Positions 1-8,446 of a stretch of DNA of 32,000 bases are shown here, one piece after another (the stretch's first letter is position 1; each line of letters opens with the position of its first letter). The notes beneath the pieces are model-generated. The model saw only the letters and a program-made list of their open reading frames with translations, was not told the origin of the DNA and did not search any database. Source of the DNA: Lachnospiraceae bacterium (lineage in GTDB: Bacteria > Bacillota > Clostridia > Lachnospirales > Lachnospiraceae); assembly GCA_016294075.1 (NCBI GenBank), contig JAEDCQ010000002.1:4933-36932 (forward strand). The letters run 5' to 3'. The translations under genes were made by a program, and so were the position numbers.

Positions 1-587
1 AGGAGCCGCCGGAGTATGGCGTGATTATTCTTCTTACAACAAATCTGGAATCATTCCTACAGACAATTATCAGCCGTTGTATTGTCCTTTCCATGAAGCC
101 CGCCTCTGACAGTAGTATACAGGAATATCTGATGAAAGAATATCGTATTCCGGATTATAAAGCGGCAGTATGTGCGGCATTTGCCCGCGGGAATGTGGGG
201 AAAGCAAGACTTTTAGCATCCAGTGAGGATTTCGATAATATCAAAGAAGAAGCTATTACCCTTTTAAAATACATCGATGAGATGGAAATACATGAGATTA
301 CCAAAGCAATTAAGAAAATAGGTGAATATAAGCTTGAAATTAACGATTTTCTTGACATATTGGCAATCTGGTATCGGGACGCACTTTTATTCAAAGCAAC
401 AAAAGATGTAAACCACTTGATTTTTAAGGATGAAATACAGTATATTAAAAAGACAGCATCTAAGAGCACTTATGAAGGTATTGAAATTATTATTAAGGCA
501 CTTGATAATGCGAAGAGAAGACTGTCTGCCAACGTTAGTTTCGATTTAACGATGGAACTGCTTTTATTAACAATAAAAGAAAATTAG
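1..587 (+). CDS. holB: DNA polymerase III delta-prime subunit, 3' part (5' end outside window)
   Basis: The frame is open from the window edge (codons from nt 3: EPPEYGVIILLTTN...). It carries the clamp-loader LEEPP-like and IISRC motifs. TAG stop at 585-587. It is followed by yaaT, as in Firmicutes. Confidence 0.8.
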   Translation, partial: EPPEYGVIILLTTNLESFLQTIISRCIVLSMKPASDSSIQEYLMKEYRIPDYKAAVCAAFARGNVGKARLLASSEDFDNIKEEAITLLKYIDEMEIHEITKAIKKIGEYKLEINDFLDILAIWYRDALLFKATKDVNHLIFKDEIQYIKKTASKSTYEGIEIIIKALDNAKRRLSANVSFDLTMELLLLTIKEN

Positions 588-606
588 GAATTTGTGAGGT
601 GTATAG

Positions 607-1512
607 ATGATAAAGGTAATTGGTGTTCGATTTCGTACCGCAGGGAAGATATATTTTTTTGACCCTTTAGCATATGAAATTAAAAAAGGTGACCATGTTA
701 TTGTAGAAACGGCGCGCGGAATCGAATTCGGAACGGTTGTAGGAGCTCCGAGAGAAGTAGAGGATGATAAGGTTATTCAACCGTTAAAACCGGTTCTCCG
801 TATTGCGACGCCAAAAGATGTGGAGCAGGAAGCCGCTAACCGGGAAAAAGAAAAAGAAGCATTTAAGATTTGTCTGGAAAAGATTCATAAGCATGGACTT
901 GCCATGAAATTAATAGATGCAGAATATACCTTTGACAATAATAAGGTTCTGTTTTATTTTACAGCAGACGGACGTATTGATTTTCGTGAACTTGTAAAAG
1001 ATCTTGCCGCTGTGTTTAAGACGCGAATTGAGCTGCGTCAAATTGGAGTAAGGGATGAGACCAAAATTTTAGGCGGAATCGGCATCTGCGGAAGACCGCT
1101 TTGCTGTCATACACATTTATCCGAGTTTATTCCGGTATCTATCAAGATGGCAAAGGAACAAAACCTGTCCCTGAATCCGACAAAGATATCCGGAGTCTGT
1201 GGCAGATTAATGTGCTGTCTGAAGCATGAGGAAGAGACATATGAAGAATTAAACCGCAGGCTTCCGAATGTAGGCGACCCGGTTACAACTAAAGACGGAC
1301 AGAAGGGTGAGGTTCACAGCATTAATATTCTCCGTCAGTTGGTTAAGGTAATTGTAGAAAACGGAGATGAAAAAGAGATTCATGAATATCCGGTTGATGA
1401 GCTTCGTTTTAAGAGAAGACATAAAAAAGAAAAAATCAAACTGTCCCCGGAAGAAATGAAGGAGCTGGAGAAGCTGGAAAAACAGGATCAGACCGCTTCT
1501 CTTGATGATTAA
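607..1512 (+). CDS. yaaT: PSP1-domain protein YaaT/RicT family
   Basis: 301 aa ORF with RBS GTGAGGTG at 593-600. It has PSP1-type conserved blocks (FDNNKVLFYFTADGRIDFRELVKDLA) and Cys-rich motifs (GICGRPLCCH, CGRLMCCL). It sits in the holB-yaaT synteny. Confidence 0.85.
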   Translation: MIKVIGVRFRTAGKIYFFDPLAYEIKKGDHVIVETARGIEFGTVVGAPREVEDDKVIQPLKPVLRIATPKDVEQEAANREKEKEAFKICLEKIHKHGLAMKLIDAEYTFDNNKVLFYFTADGRIDFRELVKDLAAVFKTRIELRQIGVRDETKILGGIGICGRPLCCHTHLSEFIPVSIKMAKEQNLSLNPTKISGVCGRLMCCLKHEEETYEELNRRLPNVGDPVTTKDGQKGEVHSINILRQLVKVIVENGDEKEIHEYPVDELRFKRRHKKEKIKLSPEEMKELEKLEKQDQTASLDD

Positions 1513-1515
1513 CGG

Positions 1516-2253
1516 ATGAAGGTTTATATTAAGCCAAACGAAAGAATTGATGATTTGCAACGAAACGGTTATCGGATTATTCAAGACCCGGACCGTTTTT
1601 GTTTTGGAATGGATGCAGTATTGCTGTCGGGTTTTGCAACGGCGAAAAAGGGTGATTTCGTTCTCGATCTCGGTACGGGAACCGGAATTATTCCAATCCT
1701 TATGGAAGCGAAAACGGAAGCGGCACATCTGACGGCACTTGAGATTCAACCGGAAAGTGCGGATATGGCAAGGCGGAGTGTCAGCCTAAACGGGCTGGAT
1801 GAGAAAATTTCAGTCATAACGGGAGATATAAAAGAGGCAAAGGAGCTGTTTCCGAAAGCGTCTTTTCAGGTAATAACATCAAATCCTCCGTATATGATAG
1901 GGCAGCACGGTCTGGTGAACCCGCATGGAGAAAAGGCAATTGCGCGTCATGAGATACTTTGTACACTCAAGGATGTTATTGAGAATGCGGCAGTATTATT
2001 AGTGCCGGGCGGACATTTTTTCATGGTACACCGTCCGTTTCGTCTTGTGGAAATCATGACAACATTGGTTGAATATCATTTGGAGCCAAAACGCATGCGT
2101 CTGGTATATCCATATGTGGATAAAGAGCCTAATATGGTATTAATAGAAGCCGTCAGAGGCGGAAAATCGCGTTTAGAGGTAGAAAAACCTCTGATTGTAT
2201 ATGAAAAACCGGGTATATATACGAGTGAGATATATGATGTATACGGTTACTAA
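1516..2253 (+). CDS. SAM-dependent N6-adenine methyltransferase, YabB/TrmN6-like
   Basis: SAM-binding loop LDLGTGTGII and catalytic NPPY (TSNPPYM). The ATG is 4 nt after the yaaT stop. Its position matches B. subtilis yabB. Confidence 0.8.
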   Translation: MKVYIKPNERIDDLQRNGYRIIQDPDRFCFGMDAVLLSGFATAKKGDFVLDLGTGTGIIPILMEAKTEAAHLTALEIQPESADMARRSVSLNGLDEKISVITGDIKEAKELFPKASFQVITSNPPYMIGQHGLVNPHGEKAIARHEILCTLKDVIENAAVLLVPGGHFFMVHRPFRLVEIMTTLVEYHLEPKRMRLVYPYVDKEPNMVLIEAVRGGKSRLEVEKPLIVYEKPGIYTSEIYDVYGY

Positions 2254-2270
2254 ATAAGAGGGAGGAAATC

Positions 2271-3113
2271 ATGTCAGGAGTTTTGTATTTGTGTGCTACA
2301 CCGATTGGAAACCTGCAGGATATGACACCACGAGTAATAGAAACACTGAAGGAAGTGGATCTGATTGCAGCGGAGGATACAAGAAACAGCCGCAAGCTGA
2401 TGACGCATTTTCAGATTTCTACCCCTATGACAAGTTATCATGAATATAATAAAGTGGAAAAGGCGCATACTTTAATTTCCAAGCTGGTGGCAGGATTAAA
2501 TATCGCCTTGATTACGGATGCAGGAACTCCTGCGATATCAGACCCCGGAGAGGTTCTTGTGAAAATGTGCCACGAGGCCGGAATTACGGTAACTTCCCTG
2601 CCCGGACCTTCTGCGTTAATTACGGCACTTACATTATCCGGCTTATCTACAAGAAGATTTTGTTTTGAAGGATTTCTTCCGGCAGATAAAAAAGAGCGGA
2701 AATTGATTTATCAGGAACTGAAAAACGAAACCCGCACGATAATACTATATGAGGCACCCCACCATTTAAAAGCCACCTTAAACGAATTATATGAAGAGCT
2801 GGGAGAGCGTAAAATTACATTATGCCGGGAGCTGACAAAGAAATTTGAGACGGTTTTTCCCACAACTTTGAAAAATGCTGTTACATATTATGAAGAAAAT
2901 GAGCCGCGCGGAGAATATGTACTTGTATTGGAAGGAAAAAGTCTGAAGCAAAAAATAGAGGAACAGCAGGAAAGCTTTGCTGACATGTCGATTGAGGAAC
3001 ATATGAAGCTTTATGAGGGAAAGGGAATCGAGCGCAAGGAGGCTATGAAGCTTGTGGCAAAGGATAGGGGGATATCCAAGAGGGAAGTGTATCAATATTT
3101 GTTAAAAATGTAA
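2271..3113 (+). CDS. rsmI: 16S rRNA (cytidine1402-2'-O)-methyltransferase
   Basis: Tetrapyrrole-methylase fold motifs LYLCATPIGNLQDMTPR, AEDTR and DAGTPAISDPG. RBS GAGGGAGGA lies upstream. Its position matches yabC/rsmI. Confidence 0.9.
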   Translation: MSGVLYLCATPIGNLQDMTPRVIETLKEVDLIAAEDTRNSRKLMTHFQISTPMTSYHEYNKVEKAHTLISKLVAGLNIALITDAGTPAISDPGEVLVKMCHEAGITVTSLPGPSALITALTLSGLSTRRFCFEGFLPADKKERKLIYQELKNETRTIILYEAPHHLKATLNELYEELGERKITLCRELTKKFETVFPTTLKNAVTYYEENEPRGEYVLVLEGKSLKQKIEEQQESFADMSIEEHMKLYEGKGIERKEAMKLVAKDRGISKREVYQYLLKM

Positions 3114-3171
3114 TTTTATGCGAAAAATATAAAAAAATGGAGAGATTCTTTCCTTTTAAACAGAATTAATC

Positions 3172-3199
3172 TTGTATTTATAAAAGAATGTGCTAGAAT
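3172..3199 (+). promoter_or_regulatory. Sigma-A-like promoter of the amino-acid ABC operon
   Basis: -35 TTGTAT (3172-3177), 16 nt spacer, extended -10 TGcTAGAAT (3191-3199). It lies about 45 nt upstream of the ATG. Confidence 0.5.
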
Positions 3200-3245
3200 A
3201 TGTCTGTTAAGAAGTTTATAAATATGAGTTTTAGGAGGAGATTTT

Positions 3246-4043
3246 ATGAAGAAATTAGTTTCACTTATTCTTATGGCAGCTATGATGCTCTCATTGGTAG
3301 CATGTGGCAGTAAAGCACCGGAAAATACAGTACATTCCGTAGATGATCTTCCGGGCAAGACAATCGGTGTTCAGCTTGGTACAACCGGTGATATTTATGC
3401 AAGTGACTATGAAGCAGAAGGTTCTACTATTGAACGTTACAACAAGGGCGCGGATGCTGTTCAGGCTTTAAAGCAGGGAAAGATTGACTGTGTAATTATT
3501 GATGAGCAGCCGGCAAAGGCTTTTTGCGAAAAGAACAGCGACCTTACTATCTTAGAAGAGGAATTTGCATTAGAAGAATATGCAATTTGTATTTCTAAAG
3601 ATAATACAGAGTTAAAGGAAAAAATTAACGCTGCTCTCAGCGAATTAAAGGCTGAAGGTACATTAGATGCAATTATTGCCAATTATATCGGAGATGATAC
3701 AAAGGGAAAAACACCTTATGTTTCTCCGGAAGGAATTGACCGTTCAAACGGTATATTGGTAATGGCAACAAATGCAGCTTTTGAGCCGTATGAATTTTAT
3801 CAGGACCAGAAAGTTGTTGGTATTGATGCGGAAATGGCACAGGCTGTTTGTGATAAGCTTGGCATGGAATTAAAAATTGAAGATATGGAATTTGATTCTA
3901 TTATCAATGCAGTAACAAGCGGAAAAGCAGACGTGGGTGTTGCGGGAATGACTGTAACGGAAGACCGTTTAAAGAGTGTTGATTTCTCGGATCCTTATAC
4001 AACTGCTACACAGGTTATTATTGTTCGTAAAGACGCTGAATAA
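3246..4043 (+). CDS. Polar amino-acid ABC transporter substrate-binding lipoprotein (SBP_bac_3 fold, circularly permuted order)
   Basis: Signal peptide plus lipobox (LSLVAC). Residues ~29-150 resemble the C-terminal half of GlnH-type binding proteins. Residues ~168-262 resemble the N-terminal half (see finding). It is the first gene of the permease/ATPase operon. Confidence 0.85.
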   Translation: MKKLVSLILMAAMMLSLVACGSKAPENTVHSVDDLPGKTIGVQLGTTGDIYASDYEAEGSTIERYNKGADAVQALKQGKIDCVIIDEQPAKAFCEKNSDLTILEEEFALEEYAICISKDNTELKEKINAALSELKAEGTLDAIIANYIGDDTKGKTPYVSPEGIDRSNGILVMATNAAFEPYEFYQDQKVVGIDAEMAQAVCDKLGMELKIEDMEFDSIINAVTSGKADVGVAGMTVTEDRLKSVDFSDPYTTATQVIIVRKDAE

Positions 4044-4068
4044 GATATATTATTAAAGAGGTACTATT

Positions 4069-4770
4069 TTGACGGATTTTAAGGCAAAGTTTATTCTTAA
4101 CTTTATAGAGGACAATCGTTGGCGCTATATCACGGAAGGCTTGGGAACTACGTTTATTGTAACGATTTTTGCAATCCTTTTGGGTACGGCATTGGGGTTT
4201 TTGGTAGCGGTTATCCGCTCTACGGCAGATAAAAATGATAAAAATCCTGTTGTAATACATATTTTAGACGGTATTTGTAAGGTATATCTGACGGTAATCC
4301 GTGGGACACCGGCTATGATTCAGCTTTTGATTATGTATTATATCGTGTTCACCAGTCCGGATATCAGCAAACGGTTTGTTGCTATTTTGACATTTGGTAT
4401 TAATTCGGGGGCCTATGTAGCGGAGATTGTACGTTCAGGTATTATGTCAATTGACAATGGGCAATTTGAAGCAGGAAGAAGTCTTGGATTTAACTATGTT
4501 CAGACTATGATGTATATTATTGCGCCTCAGGCATTTAAGAATATTTTGCCGGCACTTGCGAATGAATTTATTACGCTGTTAAAAGAGACCTCTATTTGTG
4601 GTTATATTGCATTGACGGATATTACACATGGTGCAAACGTTATCCGTAGCCAGACTTATGAACCGATGATGCCTCTTTTGGCCGCAGCATTTATTTATCT
4701 GGCAGTAGTATCCCTGCTCTCGGCCGGTGTTTCTAAACTGGAGAGGAGGTTGCGTACAGATGCAAGATAA
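4069..4770 (+). CDS. Polar amino-acid ABC transporter permease (HisM/GlnP type)
   Basis: TTG start with RBS AAGAGG at 4055-4060. Multi-TM protein with an EAA-like loop ([25 protein letters not shown]). Confidence 0.85.
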   Translation: MTDFKAKFILNFIEDNRWRYITEGLGTTFIVTIFAILLGTALGFLVAVIRSTADKNDKNPVVIHILDGICKVYLTVIRGTPAMIQLLIMYYIVFTSPDISKRFVAILTFGINSGAYVAEIVRSGIMSIDNGQFEAGRSLGFNYVQTMMYIIAPQAFKNILPALANEFITLLKETSICGYIALTDITHGANVIRSQTYEPMMPLLAAAFIYLAVVSLLSAGVSKLERRLRTDAR

Positions 4771-5500
4771 TACCGTTTTATTTGAAATAAAAGACCTTTG
4801 TAAGGACTTTGGGAAATTACATGTACTCGACCATATTAACACAACGATTTCCAAAGGTGAGGTAGTAGTTATTGTCGGCCCCTCGGGCTCCGGGAAATCT
4901 ACTTTTTTACGTTCCCTGAATTTGTTGGAACGCCCGACGGGCGGTACAATTTACTTTGAAGGACGTGACATTACCGACCCTAAATGCGATATTAACATGC
5001 ACCGTCAGAAAATCGGCATGGTATTCCAGCATTTTAATCTGTTTCCCCATAAGACGATTTTGGAGAACATGACACTTGCACCGATTAAGGTGTTAAAAAA
5101 ATCCAAGACCGAGGCGGAAGCAAAGGCAATGGAGCTTTTAAAGCGTGTCGGATTAGAGGAAAAGGCAAATGCTTATCCTGCCCAGCTCTCCGGAGGACAA
5201 AAACAGAGAATAGCAATTGTCCGTTCTTTGTGTATGGACCCGGATGTGATGTTGTTTGATGAACCGACATCCGCATTAGATCCGGAAATGGTCGGAGAAG
5301 TATTAAATGTTATGCGAGACCTTGCAAAAGGAGGCATGACGATGGCAATTGTTACGCATGAAATGGGATTTGCCAAAGAAGTGGGAACGCGTGTGATGTT
5401 CATAGATGAGGGACAGATTAAGGAAGAAAACACGCCTCAGGAGTTTTTTGACAACCCGCAAAATGAACGATTAAAAGAATTTTTATCAAAAGTATTATAA
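4760..5500 (+). CDS. Polar amino-acid ABC transporter ATP-binding protein (GlnQ type)
   Basis: Walker [10 protein letters not shown], signature LSGGQKQR, Walker [13 protein letters not shown] prefer the ATG at 4760 (RBS GGAGAGGAGG at 4741-4750, 11 nt overlap with the permease) over the track start at 4727. Confidence 0.9.
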   Translation: MQDNTVLFEIKDLCKDFGKLHVLDHINTTISKGEVVVIVGPSGSGKSTFLRSLNLLERPTGGTIYFEGRDITDPKCDINMHRQKIGMVFQHFNLFPHKTILENMTLAPIKVLKKSKTEAEAKAMELLKRVGLEEKANAYPAQLSGGQKQRIAIVRSLCMDPDVMLFDEPTSALDPEMVGEVLNVMRDLAKGGMTMAIVTHEMGFAKEVGTRVMFIDEGQIKEENTPQEFFDNPQNERLKEFLSKVL

Positions 5501-5506
5501 AAATAG

Positions 5507-5546
5507 ACGCTTTTTACCGGATTCTTCCGGCAGAAAGCGTTTTTTG
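5507..5546 (+). terminator. Rho-independent terminator of the ABC operon
   Basis: ACGCTTT (5507-5513) pairs with AAAGCGT (5534-5540), with an inner CCGG/CCGG stem, followed by TTTTTGTT. Confidence 0.7.
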
Positions 5547-5622
5547 TTGCTCAAAATTAATTATGTCATGAAAAAATAATGTATTTCATAAGGTGTATAA
5601 ATGAAGTTAAGGAAGTAATGGC

Positions 5623-6243
5623 ATGTTGAATTATTTATGGGCGGCAATGATTGCAATAGGTATTGTATATGGCGTTTTCAGTGGAAATATGGGAGCAGTA
5701 ACAAATGGGGCGTTGGATTCCGCGAAGGAAGCAATCAGCTTATGCCTGAATATGTGTGGTGTTATGGCGTTATGGATGGGACTGATGGAAATTGCAGGGA
5801 CGAGTGGATTAATTGAAAAGCTGACGGAAAAAATCAATCCGTTTGTGTCATTCCTGTTTCCGCGGATTCCGAAAAATCATCCGTCAAGAGAAGCAATCAG
5901 TACCAATATTATTGCAAATATATTGGGGCTTGGATGGGCGGCTACTCCGGCGGGACTTAAAGCGATGGAAGAATTGTCGAAACTGGAGGAAGAAAGAGGG
6001 AACCCGGGATATCAAAAGGAAAAAGGAAAAAACAGTGTAAGAATTGCAAGTAATGAGATGTGTGTTTTTTTAATTATAAATATTTCATCGCTGCAGCTGA
6101 TACCTGTCAATATGATTGCATACAGAAGCCAATACGGCAGCGTGGCACCAACTGCTGTTATTGCACCGGGATTGATGGCCACATTTATAACAACGCTCGT
6201 TGCTATCGTATTTTGTAAGATAATGGACAGAGCAAGGCGTTAG
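5623..6243 (+). CDS. spmA: Spore maturation protein A-like nucleoside-recognition (Gate) domain membrane protein
   Basis: Collinear similarity to B. subtilis SpmA as I recall it (e.g. NIIANILGLGWAATPAGLKAMEEL vs NLMANFFGLGNAATPLGIKAMEQM). RBS AAGGAAG. Confidence 0.8.
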   Translation: MLNYLWAAMIAIGIVYGVFSGNMGAVTNGALDSAKEAISLCLNMCGVMALWMGLMEIAGTSGLIEKLTEKINPFVSFLFPRIPKNHPSREAISTNIIANILGLGWAATPAGLKAMEELSKLEEERGNPGYQKEKGKNSVRIASNEMCVFLIINISSLQLIPVNMIAYRSQYGSVAPTAVIAPGLMATFITTLVAIVFCKIMDRARR

Positions 6244-6252
6244 GCCGGAATA

Positions 6253-6786
6253 TCATCCCACCATATAAATGGTTAAAAGCAGACTTACAATGATTCCCGA
6301 AAGAGTGCTTAGGAGTGCACCTGTTAAAGTCCAACGGGTTTTGGAAACCTTTGCTGTCAAAAAATAAATACTCATGGTATAGAAAACCGTTTCTGTGCAG
6401 CTGCACAGAATGGAAGCCATCATACCGGTAAACGAATCAGGTCCGTAAGTTTTAAAGATATCCAACACAAGACCGGTTGCAGCGGAGCCGGAGAAAACCT
6501 TTATAAAAATGAGACTGTAAAGGTCTGCTGCCAGAAGTCCGCCTCCCGGAATATGACGAATCAGACCTCCTAAAAAGGTCAAAAAACCGGAAGAACGTAA
6601 AATCCCGACACCAACCATTAAGGCAATGAGTGTCGGGACTATTTTTACTACCGTTACAAGTCCGTCTTTTGCACCTTTGATAAAATCATCATATACATGG
6701 CTGCCCGAAACAATGCCATAGGCAACAACGTAAAAGATTAAAAGCGGAATTACTATATTTGAGAAATTTGCCAAAACATTTGTCAT
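6253..6786 (-). CDS. spmB: Spore maturation protein B-like membrane protein
   Basis: 177 aa multi-TM protein. It resembles SpmB (KIVPTLIALMVGVGILRSSG, SGSAATGLVLDIFKTYGPDSF). It is convergent with spmA, with only 9 nt between the stops. Confidence 0.8.
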   Translation of the reverse strand: MTNVLANFSNIVIPLLIFYVVAYGIVSGSHVYDDFIKGAKDGLVTVVKIVPTLIALMVGVGILRSSGFLTFLGGLIRHIPGGGLLAADLYSLIFIKVFSGSAATGLVLDIFKTYGPDSFTGMMASILCSCTETVFYTMSIYFLTAKVSKTRWTLTGALLSTLSGIIVSLLLTIYMVG

Positions 6787-6843
6787 ATCAAAGAACCGAA
6801 AAGTCTTTTTTTAAATGTATGATACAGAAAAAAATCTATTCCT

Positions 6844-7677
6844 TTATTCTGTATATCTTTTTCGCAGAATTTCAATTTCTTTTTTGTAGCCGTCCAATTC
6901 GTTTGGTGTTTCCAGATAAAAAGGAAGATGACATAAGGCCGGGTGGTTGATGATACGTGTTAGTGCTTCTAAGCCGATTTCGCCTTCTCCGATTTTTGCA
7001 TGTCTATCCTTGTGGGAACCGAGAGGATTCATACTGTCGTTTAAATGAATAGCCTTTAAACGGGAAAGTCCGATTATGTTGTCAAATTCAGTCAGAACTT
7101 CATCCGGATGATTTACAATATCATAACCACCATCCCAGATGTGACAAGTATCTAAGCAGACACCCATTTTGTCGGAAAGAGAAACCCGGTCAAGGATTTC
7201 ACGCAGTTCTTCAAAGGTGCGTCCGATTTCACTTCCTTTGCCGGACATCGTTTCCAATAAAACGGTAGTGCTCTGCTTTGGAGTAAGAATTTCATTTAAC
7301 ATATCGCAAATAAAACCGATTCCGACCTCCGCACCTTGTCCAACGTGGGAACCCGGATGAAAATTATAACAGTTACCCGGAGTATATTCCATGCGTTTTA
7401 AATCATCAGCCATTGTAAGTTTGGCAAATTCCCGTAATCCCGGGTCAACAGAAGCTGCATTTAATGTATACGGAGCATGGGCAAGAATGCGGCTGATACC
7501 GTGTTCGTCTGCAAATGCAAGATATTTTTCCACATCCGTTGGATTTATTTCTTTTGCTTTTCCGCCGCGCGGATTGCGGGTAAAGAACTGAAATGTATTT
7601 GCGTTTATTTTGACTGCTTCCTTTCCCATGGCCTCATAACCTTTGGAAGCAGATAGATGACAACCAATCTGTAACAT
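6844..7677 (-). CDS. nfo: Endonuclease IV (deoxyribonuclease IV)
   Basis: From [14 protein letters not shown] the sequence is collinear with Firmicute Nfo/YqfS ([34 protein letters not shown]). The 112 codons upstream in the track ORF have no homology and overlap the promoter. An alternative ATG lies at 7710. Confidence 0.85.
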   Translation of the reverse strand: MLQIGCHLSASKGYEAMGKEAVKINANTFQFFTRNPRGGKAKEINPTDVEKYLAFADEHGISRILAHAPYTLNAASVDPGLREFAKLTMADDLKRMEYTPGNCYNFHPGSHVGQGAEVGIGFICDMLNEILTPKQSTTVLLETMSGKGSEIGRTFEELREILDRVSLSDKMGVCLDTCHIWDGGYDIVNHPDEVLTEFDNIIGLSRLKAIHLNDSMNPLGSHKDRHAKIGEGEIGLEALTRIINHPALCHLPFYLETPNELDGYKKEIEILRKRYTE

Positions 7678-7744
7678 ATTGTTTCTGCGGGTAATCGCAG
7701 CTCCTTTCATTTTTTGTTTATCTGCAAGAGTATATAGTTCAATT

Positions 7745-7773
7745 ATTATACACAATAAACAAAGGAATGGCAA
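7745..7773 (-). promoter_or_regulatory. Sigma-A-like promoter of nfo-spmB
   Basis: On the minus strand: TTGCCA (7773-7768), 17 nt spacer, TATAAT (7750-7745). Confidence 0.55.
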
Positions 7774-7985
7774 AATGAAAAATATGATCAGATAAAGAAT
7801 GAAAAAAAGGGCTTTATGAAAGGCAGTGATGTATTGTAAAATACACATGTGTGTGAGTATGAATGCGGCATTCTGAAATACTGGTGCATATTTCCGGAAG
7901 CTTTCATGACGGATTTCGGAGAAATGGGTATCAGTGATTGGTCTTCTGTAATTACCTCGCACTAACCGAAAGGGGTGATGTAAGA

Positions 7986-8441
7986 GTGAATCATGTAACA
8001 ATAGCAATTGCAATGACCTGTATTATTCCAACATTTATGTTAATGACAGTTTTTCTTCTTACAAAGAGATACCGGAAAAAATATCGGGCAAATAAACTGG
8101 ATGAAATAGAAGGGCATGATTTTGAATATTATTGTGCCGAATTATTAAAAAAACGTGGCTTCATTGATGTATCCGTAACAAAGGGGAGCGGAGATTACGG
8201 AGTAGATGTATTGGCTGAAAAGGATGGCGTCACATATGCGATACAATGTAAGGCTTATTCGGCACCGGTAGGAGTCAAAGCCGTGCAGGAGGCTTATGCA
8301 GGGAGAGAATTTTATGACCGTATGGTCGGTGCAGTTCTGACAAACCAGTATTTTACCAAACCTGCCGTAGAAGCTGCAAAGAAACTGAAAATTTTATTAT
8401 GGGACAGAGGGTATTTAGACAGTATGATTGAGGAGGAGTAG
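7986..8441 (+). CDS. Membrane-anchored Mrr_cat / PD-(D/E)xK restriction-endonuclease-like protein
   Basis: GTG start preceded by GGGGTGA (7972-7978). One N-terminal TM helix followed by KRYRKKYR. The rest is an Mrr-type core: [37 protein letters not shown]. Confidence 0.75.
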   Translation: MNHVTIAIAMTCIIPTFMLMTVFLLTKRYRKKYRANKLDEIEGHDFEYYCAELLKKRGFIDVSVTKGSGDYGVDVLAEKDGVTYAIQCKAYSAPVGVKAVQEAYAGREFYDRMVGAVLTNQYFTKPAVEAAKKLKILLWDRGYLDSMIEEE

Positions 8442-8446
8442 CATTG

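Noticed and set aside
1513-1515. Absence of yabA (and yazA) from the holB-yaaT-yabB-rsmI block compared with B. subtilis.
   Set aside because: Only 3 nt separate yaaT from the methyltransferase, so nothing is hidden there. Gene content of this block varies among Firmicutes and the missing genes may lie elsewhere. This is a taxonomic difference, not an anomaly I can evaluate here.
4727-4759. The upstream in-frame start for the ABC ATPase given by the ORF track, and similar long-start calls at 10383, 11107, 13081, 14082, 16304, 18121, 21388, 22221 and 30522.
   Set aside because: In most cases (not 21388/21424 or the 22221 ORF) downstream start codons have better-placed Shine-Dalgarno sequences. 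They also coincide with the N-termini of homologues as I recall them. The upstream codons overlap preceding genes or lack an RBS.
7843-7852. A perfect 10 bp palindrome, ACACATGTGT, between a putative -35 and -10 upstream of the Mrr-like gene. It could be an operator.
   Set aside because: Perfect 10 bp palindromes are expected by chance many times in 32 kb. I saw no second copy and no adjacent regulator.
7678-8013. A 112-codon N-terminal extension of the nfo ORF in the track, which would make a 389 aa protein with hydrophobic stretches.
   Set aside because: Homology to endonuclease IV begins exactly at MLQIGCH (ATG 7677), as in B. subtilis YqfS. The extension overlaps a good TTGCCA-17-TATAAT promoter and the divergent gene start. 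It reads as AT-rich intergenic sequence that happens to be open.
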